Below are positions 12,466 through 24,108 of a DNA stretch of 64,000 nt, piece by piece; the first letter of the stretch is position 1; the number at the start of each line of letters is the position of its first letter. The DNA is from a virus. Lineage: Duplodnaviria; Caudoviricetes. The translations under genes and the position numbers were made by a program. Where the stretch lies: positions 1-64,000 of the IMG/VR virus record IMGVR_UViG_3300021256_000073, one strand, 5' to 3'. The notes under the pieces were generated by a model. The model was not told where the DNA came from and did not search any database. It saw only the letters and a list, made by a program, of their open reading frames with translations.

Positions 12466-13406
12466 TTAATTTTACAGATATATCTCAAGAAAATAATCCT
12501 AAAATTGATATATAGCGTATAACTATAAGTAATGATGCTCCTTCAGAAGAAATAAGCATAACTCCAAATAAAATAGACATCGTTGAGTCTGAACCTGAAT
12601 CTGAAGGATGTATATAGGATGAATGTAAACTTTAGATAGGTTGTCCTACTGAATACTTTTCAGTCAAAAATTTATTTTCAGAACTAACTGATGATTATCA
12701 AAGAGCTATTATTAGACAAAATCTAGGTATTACTGATAATTCAGCAGCTGTCTGGGGAAAGATTGAAGGTAATTTGATTAATTAGAAGGATTTAGCTAAT
12801 TTCATATAGAAAACATTACAAAACGACTCAGAAGGACTTTTGGAAAAAATTAATCTCGAATTAAAGTACTGGAGTCGTTAGATAGAAAATAAGATAGAGT
12901 CTTTAGCTAGTAATATTACTGAACTTTCAATTACTCCTAGATATGGAATAGTAACAGATATTCCAATTGATATCTTAGTTACTTGGGAGTATGATTAGCC
13001 AGTGCAAGCTCAATCTATAAATGGAATTAGTTTAGATACGGAAGTACGTAGTTACATATTTCATAATATAACAGATACTTAGAATATTAGGTTGTCTTAT
13101 TATTATAACAATACCTGGTTATCTAGAAATACTTCTTTTGTAATTGAATATCCAACGTACTTTGGAACTTCTAATGATTATTTATAGGATTAGTCCACTA
13201 TTAATAATAAATTTAATGTTAATGCTTAGGAAAATGAGTACATATATGTACTTAGTAAAAATCCAATAGATTTGTCTGTTAATGGTTTAATTGGAGGTTT
13301 CGAACAAGAAGGTTATTCTTATATATCTGAGACTAGATATTATGTATATAAGAGTGTATAGCCTAATTTAGGAAATACTACAATTAGAATTCATGATTCA
13401 GAATAA
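12462..13406 (+). CDS. putative fibre-associated protein (314 aa)
   Basis: KNLFSEL...RQNLGI and WGKIEGNLINQKDL motifs; ATGA coupling. Confidence 0.7.
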
Positions 13407-13740
13407 ACAAGTTAACTTATGGAGAGGTAATTTAGAACCTCCAACATAGTATCATATCTGGTTAAGAAATGAAAGCTAGCTATTAAGATATGATGAAGAA
13501 TTAAAGGACTGGGTGGTATTCTTAGATAGTTCTAAAATAGGATAGATAATATCTGATTTTATGGACTAGGTTGAAGACTTAGTAAGTGGTAGCATTAATG
13601 GTTACTTAGTAAGAGACCACCCAGTTTTAAATGCAAAAGACATAAAGATTACTCAAAATGGTACATATATAAAGATGAATGATACCACAGAATAGGCATT
13701 ACTAAAACTCGATACTTTACTTACTACTGAAATACTATGA
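13393..13740 (+). CDS. hypothetical structural protein (115 aa)
   Basis: WRGNLEPPTQYHIWL; ATGA coupling to the next gene. Confidence 0.65.
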
Positions 13741-14792
13741 AAAACAGTAAGTTTTTATATTTTACCAAGAGAAGTACCTTTGATTAGCTAGTAAGTGATT
13801 TTCCTGCATGGCTGAGTCCAATATGCTTTATAGAGGACACAAATGAAATATGGTTCAATAACCATTTCTTTCAAGCAGGAAATGAAAGGGTAAGGATATC
13901 TGAAATGAATGGAGCTGTAACAGTTTCTCTTTCAGATAGCGGGTTTAATCTAGTGCCAGGTTCTTCTAGTATTGGAATTACATCTAATGAAAACAACATA
14001 GTAATATCTTGTAATGCTCTTACAAGAATAGATACAGATAATTGGTTAGAATGGAAGAATGATAGATTATATCATAAAGATTCTGGAGTTACACAAGGAA
14101 CATATGGACAAAATGCTGATGCTTCTGGTGCTAATTCAATAACAGTTCCCAAAATTACTGTAGACAGTAAAGGACATTCTACCAAAATAGAAAATAAGAC
14201 AGTAACTATTAGAGACTATGTAGAGCAACGTAAGTCTGACAATAGTAATTCTGATAGACCTGTACTTATAGCAGAAAGAGATACTGACTTTGATGATACT
14301 AATACAACACGTAAAGGTAAAAACATTACCTACAACAACATGAACCAAATCTTAAAGGTTCCTAATGTTGAGATTTCAGGTACTAAACAACATAGTGTTG
14401 TTGTAAAGAATGGAGACTTGGTTGTAGAGGAAGGTATGATTATTGGTAATATTCAAGGTAATGTAACTGGTACAGCTACTCCTAAAATTCACTTATCTGA
14501 AAACCCTGATTATGGAGGTGCATCTAAGAACTTATATGGACACGTAAAGTTGGTTGACCAGATGCCAGCTAATCCATCTCCTTCAAGTGATAACCAAGAT
14601 CCAAATAATTAGGAAGTAGAAGCAAAAGCTGCTTCCCCTTACTTAGTATATAATTATGTATAGGCAAGCAAAATTAAAGTCAATGCTATTAATGCTTCTA
14701 AATAGAAGGTTGATATTAGTGACCAATTTGACTTTACTGATGACTTCGTTGTACAAAATTCTAAAATATCAATAAATTGGATTGAATTATGA
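13737..14792 (+). CDS. tail fibre protein (351 aa)
   Basis: VPKITVDSKGH, GNIQGNVTGTA and YGHVKL...AASP fibre repeats. Confidence 0.75.
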
Positions 14793-16819
14793 GTAAACTA
14801 ATATATGCACATACCTCTGCGCTTGCGGAAAGTACTTTTACAGGAATAAACAATCCTGATCAAACCATGAATGAAGTGTACCGATCTGTTGCTTTTACAG
14901 GTGATGGCTATATGTATACTCATGGAAAGAAATTTAGATTATTTAATGTAGATAATGCTGGATTACAAGGCATATCATTTTCAGCTGCTAACGGTACAGT
15001 ATCATTAAGTATTGATGGTGCTACAATTGGTTCTGGAGATATTATACAATCTATTACAGGTGATGGAATAGTAATTCCTACTACATAGAATGGAGCTACA
15101 GCATTAACCCATAAGACTTATATATCTAGTCCTGGTACTTATGGAGCAAATCTACAAATACCTATCATTACTGTTGATGCATATGGACATATTTCTGCAG
15201 TATCTAATGGCACTGAAATTAATGTAACTAAAGTTTAGGCTAGTCCTACTACAACTCTTGGTACATATTATTTGACAGGTGTTACGAATGCAAATCTACA
15301 AAATCCTGTATACCATACTGGAGCTTACTTTGATAATGCTGGAAATATTTATGCTACAAACTTCTACCTAAATGGAAGTACTCTAAGTACTATATTTGCT
15401 CCATTAGCTCACACATCAGTTTTAGCTACTGACTAGGCTCTTGGACATGTATATCTTTATGATACTTATGATTCTGAGAAAGATATATAGTCTACATTTG
15501 CAGCTACTCCTAAAGCTGTATATGCAGCACTTACTGCATCTAAAGCATATACAGATTCTATTCTTGCTTCTTAGGATGCTATGGTATTTGTGGGTACTAT
15601 TACACATCAAGGAGTTATTACTAACCACAACTCAATAGTAGTAGAAGCTACAGATAATACTACAAATGTTACTAGTGTACCTTATAATGCTGGATGGACA
15701 TTTAGATTCACTTCAGCAGGAACATTCCAAGGAATCGAGGTTGAAGTTGGAGATATGTTAATTGCTGTTAAGGATAGAAATGAAGTATTTGATATTGATG
15801 ATTGGTCAGTTATACAGACAAATATAAGTGGAGCGCTTACAGCCTCATCACTTTTAAATGGAATACTATATGCTAATAATTCAAGAGCAATACAAAGCTT
15901 GGCTTTATCAAATGGAGTTCTTACTTCAAATGGCTCTACACTATCATTTGTAAATAAGAATACATTATGGAGAGATATTCAAGTTAAGGGTGATTCAATA
16001 GGAACTAACACACTTAATCTTAAATAGTCAGGCAGTGTAACTTTAACAGTGAATAATGGAGAAGTAACTATTGGAGTTAATGCTTCAGACATTATATCTG
16101 GAGGAGCATCTCTAACATTAGTTAAAGGAAATACGTCATTTGTATATTAGCCAAGTGCTAATGCTACTTTGAATGTAGGAAGTAAATTAACTCTTAGATA
16201 TGATAACGATGATTGCATTTTAGAACATGAGTCAGCTAGTGTAATAACAGGTAAATTAGGTAAGATTACTACTGATGGTTATGGACATATTTCATCAATA
16301 GAAGAAGTTACTTCTTTAAAGAATCCTAATGCATTCAAGATTCAAAATGCAAATAGTGATGTTATAACATATGATGGTAGTGATGCTGCAATACTTAAAG
16401 TAGTTAATGGCACTGATGTTAATCTTACACTAGCTACAAGTAATGGAGTAACAACCCTGACTCCTTCTATTACACATAAATATAGACCAGTACAATTCTT
16501 AGCAACTGCTTCATCTTCTCCTACTAACCTTATTAACACAGGAGATAGCACTACACTAACATTAGTTGGAGGTGAAAATGTATCACTTAGAAATACTGCT
16601 TCTAATGGAGACCCATTATCTGCTGGTACTTTGGTTATTGATGCTGAAGATACTTGGAGAGCAGTAGAAGCCTATAAGTTTGTCAGCAATGTAATGTCTA
16701 GATCTTCAATAGGAGTTGCTACACTTAAATTTAGTAATAACTTTATATGGACTGATAATGAAATAGATTTATGCTGGACTGAAATAGATGAAGAAGGACG
16801 AGTAACATATGTAAAATAA
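14789..16819 (+). CDS. tail fibre protein (676 aa)
   Basis: IPIITVDAYGHI, LGHVYL...AATPKAV and EVGDMLIA...WSVIQTNI; three same-frame fragments. Confidence 0.8.
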
Positions 16820-16820
16820 A

Positions 16821-19800
16821 ATGGGAAAACTTACAGCTATTAAAACCAAAAGTATATTTCAATCTCTGTTAAATAGTTCTAGCATAAATGAACACAATAT
16901 ACACTTTATATTAGATACAGGATAGATATACACTCATGGAATTTATATAAATGGAGCTGCGTATGGAACAGAAGTTAATGGAACTATAAATCTCTCTATT
17001 GCTGGAGTTACTAAAACCTTGGCTCTTTCTACACATACACACTCCACTTATTTAGAAAAAGATTCCAATATAGATATAGGTTCTTATATTATAAAGTCTG
17101 GAGACAATGAACTCCTAAAATGGTCTAGTAATAAACTTATTTTAGGAAGTCCTACTTATATTACAGGAACTGCACATACAACAAGAAATAGTACAAATTA
17201 TGATGTTCTAGATACAGGTAATTTTAGTGTTGAGGCTAAGACCAGCACTAATATTCCTCTATAGAATGTTGCAACAATAAAATATGGAGGTTCTACTTTT
17301 TAGATAGATTATGTAAGAAGAATTAACGGAGTATATACATTTGATAATATTACATATACATCTGTTGGCACAACTAGTGTAAATAACCAATAGTATGGTA
17401 TTATTACAATGTATACTGATGGTACCACTCCAGCTTCTTATGCATAGATAAGAGCAGACATTCCAAATGGAAAACTTGAATATAGAACAAGTGGTTCTAC
17501 TGCTTGGAAAACTATAGTAACTGGTGCACTTCCAACTGTATTTGTTGGTTCGGGTAGTAATCATGCTAGTGGTCTTGTACCTGACCCAGGAGCAACTGCT
17601 GGAACTACTAAATTTCTATGTGAAGATGGTACTTGGCGTACTCCATCTTATACAAGTGATACAAACACTTGGCGTAAGATTTTGGTAAATGGTACACAAA
17701 AATTAGGAGATTCTATAACTACAGGAAGTCTTGATATTATTAATGGTACTAACACTACAGTTGAATGGACATCAGCAAATAAACTTAAAATAAATGCTAC
17801 TGATACTTGGAACGCTAATGCTTTAGGAGTAGCGGGTTATGTAGCAGCACCTACTAGAGAAGCTAATGCTAATATGACTTGGTAGACTGATGCTGATGGT
17901 AATCCTGCTTGGAGAGCATCTAATAATCATAGTCATAGTTATTTACCTTTAAGTGGTGGTACAATAACGGGAATTATAACCCGTGATGCGGGGGGTTCTT
18001 GGATTTATGGTCGTGATAACGCTATTATAAAAACAACACGTACAAGTAGCGAGGGTGGTGATTGGCATCCAGCAGTAGCAGTTAAGACAAGCATAGGTTG
18101 TTGGACTTTTGGTAGTGTTGGTGGTGAGCATCTTGGTTTCTCTTATGATACTGATTCGGATTATAATGTTGGCAACAACACTTCTACTGTTATAAGTCTA
18201 CCTACAGCAGGAAGTAGTGGCACGTTAGCTCTTACATCGCAGATACCAACAAACAATAATCAGTTAACTAATGGAGCAGGATATATTACGTTATCAAATG
18301 TAAAGGGAAACTTCTCTTCTTGGGATAACTCACCAATGAGTTGGGGCACTCTTACTACTGCAAATGGATATACTATTGGTGTTCATGCTTCATCTGAAGA
18401 TGGGGGTGATTGGGGTATGACATATAAAGGTGGTCAAATCTCTATGCAACTTGATGGCTTCTTTTATCAAAACGAAGGCCAATATAGAGTGCTTGACACA
18501 AGTGATATTGGAGTAAATATAGCGTCACAAAGTGCACTAAGTAGCTATCTGCCACTTAGTGGTGGTACGATGACGGGTGACTTGAAAATTGGTGGTTCTT
18601 ACAATCTCTATCATTCGGGCGTTTGGGATAATGGTGTTATTGCGGGTGCTGATGGACACGACAAGGTAGTACTTACATACTTAGCATCTAGTACCAACGG
18701 AGCTGTAATCGGTGCTCATAATTCTGCTCTAGGCAATTGGGCACCTCTCAATATTTCTGGTACTACTCTGATATTTAGAAGTAGCGAGACAGAAAAGATG
18801 CGTATGGATTCTAGTGGTAATCTTGGTATAGGTACAGACAGTCCAGGATATAAACTTGATGTAAATGGAACAGCTAGAGTAAGAGATAGTTTGATCGTAT
18901 CATCAAACAATTCTACAGGAGGAGGTATTATATTAGCAGATGATGGAGATATTGTTGATTTGAATGATGCTTACTGTACTATGAGATTCTCTTATGGCGT
19001 TAGAATTACTAATGCAAATAGAGGAGGTAGTACTGTACATGAACTTAACGCAAATGGTAAATTGTATAATTATGGACTTTATCATTTATCTTATGGATCT
19101 TCGGATTATTTCTTAACATCAGATGGTGGTGCAAAACATTGGTCATGGTTAGATAATTATTATCTTAGATTATTTAGAAGAATAAATTCTAGTGGTGCTT
19201 CTACTAATTCTGGAACTATTCCACCATCATTATTAGAATTCAAAAGTGGATATCCTTTACATACTGATCCAGAATTTGCATCTGGTTATAATGATATAAA
19301 TATTTATGATAACAATGGAAGCGGTAATACATATTTAACAAGAGAAATAAGTTCTAATTGTGGTAATTCATCAGGATATGTTATTAAAGTAACTTCTGGA
19401 TCAGGAGCATCTCCTGGTTATGGTGGATGGTATTTTGGTGATTAGTGTACAGTTAATACTGATATGACTTGTATATTTAGAGCTCTTATACCTGAAGGTG
19501 TATCTGTAGAATGGGCATCTAACTCAATTGGTTCTGGTGGTACTGGATATTGGTTAACTAATAATGTTGGTACTGGTAGATATGAATGGTATGCATATCA
19601 TGTTAAATGTGGTACTGGTAGTGAAGCAAATACATTCTTCTTCTATGTTACAACACCATGTACTTGGTATTTATCATTTGCAAATACATATAGAAATACT
19701 TGGGCTAATTATGATGGATTAAGAACAAGATATAGTGATTATGCAAATAGTACAGGCAATGCAGACACTGTTGATGGTTTACATGCAAGTGACTTTATAA

Positions 19801-22442
19801 GAAATCTTGGAGGAGACGGAGGTTCTATTTCAGGATTTTATAATACTGCGGCTAGTAATAGAGACTTTTATTGGGGGTTTAATGGTGGAGGATCAAATAC
19901 GTATGCTGTTCATTGGACAAATTTATAGGCTGGATATGCTAGTAATGCAGATACTGTAGACGGTTATCATTATAATAACTTACCGTATTTGCCTATATCT
20001 GGAGGTACTTTGACCGGAAATCTTTCATTTAGTAATAGTGGTACTGAATTTAGAGGTATAAATTATGGTACAATGGGAGACAATGACCAATGGCGTATAG
20101 GAGGTGCTGCAACGGCATCAAATTCAGGATACATGGAAATCGCTACAGCAGACGATGGAACTGAACCCATATACGTTAGACAATATACAGGAGTATTTTC
20201 ATCTTTGACAAGAACTCTAACTTTGTTAGATGCTAGTGGTAATACTAGTCTTCCTGGTGATTTATCATGTGGATCCATAACAACTAGTGGAGTAACAGCA
20301 AGTGGTACCTCAAATAGACTCACATTTAGACATTTAGATGGATAGAATTGTGGAGGAGATTATGGACTGTATTTATAGTATCATACAGGAGCTACAATAT
20401 ATCTTGGAGGTAGTAGTTATTATATTACAAATAGTGGAAGTTACTATAATGGTACAAGCGCTTACGCTAATAGTTGTGCTTGGGGAAATGTAACAGATAA
20501 ACCATTTACTGGAACTACATTCAACTCTGGAGATAATTCTAATCATACACATGATTGTAATGAAGCTTGGCAAAATGGGCATTACTATTATTACTCAAAC
20601 GGTCCCAGTGGATTAGGAGAGTCAACTGGAGATGGAGCATTATATGTTTAGAATTATTCATCATCTTGGGTTGGACAAATAGCACAGGATTATAGAAACG
20701 GAAGACTGTTCATGCGCGGAAAAAATAATGGTTCTTGGACAAGCTGGATGGTTAACCTTGATAGTCAAAATTATTCTTCTTATACAGATGGTCGCTATTT
20801 AAGATATGAAGGTTGGTGGAATGATGGAAGTGGTCAAAATGTTAATGATTCATGTGGAATGAACTTCACATATACTAGTCATGGAGCTCCTCATCATTGG
20901 GGAACTACTGTTACTTTTGAATGTGATAGAGGTTCATCATATAGATTACAATTACATGGAACTGGCGATAACTATTTATACTTTAGAAACAGAAGTGCAG
21001 ACTATGGTGGATGGCATTCTAGTGGATGGAAGCAAATTTTAACCAATCAAGATACTTATGTTGCAAGTGACGGTACAAACAGAGGAATAATAAATGGAAC
21101 TGAAGTTGCTTCTGCTAGACATTTATTAATTAATGGTGTTACATGGAACAGTGACTGGCATTGGTCTGGTCAAAGTGGACAACCTTCGTGGTTATGGGGT
21201 AGTAATGACGGAGTTAATATGTATGTATGGAATCCAAGTAACTTTAGTGTAAGTTATGCGTCGAGAGCAGCTTACTTAGATGGGCATGGTACAAATCCAG
21301 ATAATTCTCATCCTGGATATGGAGCAAGAGTTTTTTATTCTTGGAATATAGGACAGGCTGGTAATTCATCTGCAGGATATTCGAATGGTATAACAATAGG
21401 TTCACATCCTAGTGATCAAGCTTATGGATTTCAAATAGTCCAAAATATGTGGGATGACAGAACTTACACTAGAAGATACAATGGTGGATGGCAAGAATGG
21501 AAAACTTTAGCTTGGACTTCTGATCTTAATGGTTACCTTGCATTATCAGGTGGCACCATGACAGGAGTTCTATCTTTAGCTTCAAATAGATATAGTAAAG
21601 AATCTGATTATGCTCTTAATCTTAATAACTCTGATATAGTTGGAGTAAATAGTATTTGTACAGCTGACTTATCAGATGAATGGGGAGAAGGATTCCAATT
21701 TAAACGTTCTAATGGAAACTGGGATTCATTTAGAGCTGCAGATGGCACATTCTACTTTGCAGCTAATAGTGGATCTGAGAAGGATACAGCTGCTATTTGT
21801 AGTGCCTCAACTAATTTAAATGTCGTTTATTCTAATAGATTACATGGTGGTAATAATAATAATCTATGGTTACAATCCGCTAACAATGTTTATATAACTC
21901 CAAGTTCTGCAAGTATTGATGGTAATAATTGTATAATATTTGGTACTAATTATATGCATATAAAGGGCACTACTAATGCTACTATGACCTCTTCTTCAAG
22001 TAATCCACGTATACTATTTTCTGAAAATGGAGACTAGCCTGTATTTTTAACTTATACTGATTATGATGCATATCGTAATCCTGCAGGCTTAAAAGTAGTT
22101 GGAGGCACTGATGCTACTCCAGCTTGGTTTGAGGCAGAAGGTAATATGTATGCAACTAATTTCTATACTACATCAGATCGTAATAAAAAGAAAAACATAA
22201 CTATATTATCAGAACATATCCGCAAGTTTACATTGAAGGATAATAATAAGGATATGTATGGAGTGATTGCTTAGGAGGTTCCCGAAATGTTCCGTGAAGG
22301 AGAGGAAGGAAATATGACTGTTAACTATAGCTCTGTATTGTCCTATTATATAGGTCTATTAGAAAATAAGGTAGAACTTTTAGGAAAAGAATTAAATGAG
22401 TTAAAACAAAAGTATAATAATTATGACAGAACCTTCAAGTAA
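16821..22442 (+). CDS. long modular tail fibre with C-terminal peptidase S74 intramolecular chaperone (1873 aa)
   Basis: Four YLxxSGGTxTG repeats, NADTVDG repeats, GNLGIGTDSP; C-terminal TSDRNKKKNI...YGVIA(TAG=Q)EV...TVNY followed by a coiled coil. Confidence 0.9.
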
Positions 22443-23256
22443 TTAGATGTGTACTTTACAGTTACTACATCAAGAAAACCTATTATATACGAGCGATGCC
22501 TAGATGGCTGCTGAAGATATTTGGGGCACTTCTAATGCTTCATATAATGCATAGCATAGATTATTTACAAAAGCAGATTATGTTAGAGGAAATGATTGGT
22601 ATGCATCCAATGTACTATCAGGATATAGTGATAATCAATGTATTCCTTTCAGTGTTTTTAAGAACTGGAATTGGTCTCAATTTGGTAATAATACAATGAA
22701 TTTTACTAGGAACTTAGGTCTTAATACCGGTGGAACTATAAATGTTTATTATTATTCTCCTAATATTAATTTAAAAGTATGGGAAGTTAGCTGGTTATAC
22801 AAAGGCGGATTATCTGTAGTAAATTGGAATGGTGATAAAGACAGACCTACTGGAGTATGGCAATGTGCTATTGGTTCCCCTAGTACTAATACTGTTCTTT
22901 ATCAACATACATACGGTTATGGAACATCTAAAAAAGTATATAAGCCATTAAGTTATAATTATAGTACAGGATGGGTGCATTTATTCAGTACAACATGGGG
23001 TCATAATGGTCCTCTATATCCATATATATCTGTATGTATGTTATTTAATGAAACTGATTATGGCAGTGCTTATAAACGTGAATGTTCTATAGATGGAGTA
23101 GCAGGTACAGGAGATAGATAGTTAAGAACTCTTACTTCTACTGCAGTTTCTTTAAATATTGGTGGATATACACATAGAATGTATTCTATACATGATCCAG
23201 TAGCTATCTCAAATAACTCAACTGCTAACATTTATATATATACAGATCCAGTATAA
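22423..23256 (+). CDS. hypothetical fibre-associated/receptor-binding protein (277 aa)
   Basis: Open code-15 frame directly after the S74 fibre; aromatic, beta-rich sequence. Confidence 0.65.
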
Positions 23257-23340
23257 TTCTTTAGTTAAAATTTAATAACTTATTTTGATTTTAAAGAATT
23301 AATGATATCTTTAAACAGAGTTTAATAAAAAGTAAATACT

Positions 23341-23634
23341 ATGATTGAAATTACTCAAACCTCTCAAAATTATACTGTAACTAATGAGTCTGGTAATTAC
23401 AAACTCACTATGACTGCTACAGTATCTAAAAATCAGACTATGCCAATGACGGCTAATGGTACTTTTACAGATACAGAAGGTTTACATCTTGGTAACTTTA
23501 ATTATTCAGAGGATGTAAATGGCAAAGTAAGTAAGAGTATTTATGGTATAGATAAACAGAACATGAGTGCCCTTGAAACACTCTTAGATGAAACTATTAC
23601 TCAATTTAATGCTAATGTAAATGACGACGAATGA
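23341..23634 (+). CDS. hypothetical protein (97 aa)
   Basis: ORF track; no TAG; A-rich leader. Confidence 0.75.
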   Translation: MIEITQTSQNYTVTNESGNYKLTMTATVSKNQTMPMTANGTFTDTEGLHLGNFNYSEDVNGKVSKSIYGIDKQNMSALETLLDETITQFNANVNDDE

Positions 23635-24070
23635 AGCTTTAATTAAACAAAACTTTATTACAAAGATTTTGCTTAAAAAGGATGACAATGAACTTTCTAA
23701 GGAATTGAAAGTTAAAATTATGGGTATGAGAATCAAACTCGGTAAGGTTAGAAAAGAGTTTGATGAAGATGTACAAGAAGCAGTTAAAGGTTTTACTCCA
23801 GAAGGATTTGCCGAACTTGCTCAAAAACAGGATAAAACAGAAGAAGAAGTTAAGAATTTCGAAGAGATGAATAAGAAGATTAATGATGAGTATCAAGCTT
23901 ACATTATTAAGAGAGGTCAGGAAGAAGTGTCTATAGATGCTAAATTAACAGAAGATGAGTATAATGAGCTTATCGAAGTTAATGCCGATAATAATGTTGA
24001 AATTAATGGCCAAAAAATTAATGCCGCAGACTTCTTGGAAATTCTTTATACTTTATTTGTCGAAGAATAA
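23621..24070 (+). CDS. acidic helical hypothetical protein (149 aa)
   Basis: ORF track; no TAG; followed by a terminator. Confidence 0.8.
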   Translation: MTTNEALIKQNFITKILLKKDDNELSKELKVKIMGMRIKLGKVRKEFDEDVQEAVKGFTPEGFAELAQKQDKTEEEVKNFEEMNKKINDEYQAYIIKRGQEEVSIDAKLTEDEYNELIEVNADNNVEINGQKINAADFLEILYTLFVEE

Positions 24071-24077
24071 AATAAAT

Positions 24078-24105
24078 AGGCGGGCAGTTACTGTCCGCCT
24101 TTTTT
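24078..24105 (+). terminator. intrinsic terminator
   Basis: AGGCGGGCAG-TTA-CTGTCCGCCT followed by TTTTT. Confidence 0.85.
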
Positions 24106-24108
24106 CTT

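Noticed and set aside
23284-23313. Possible Bacteroidota promoter TTTG-N18-TATCTTTA
   Set aside because: The -7 element mismatches the consensus in very AT-rich DNA; too weak to call.
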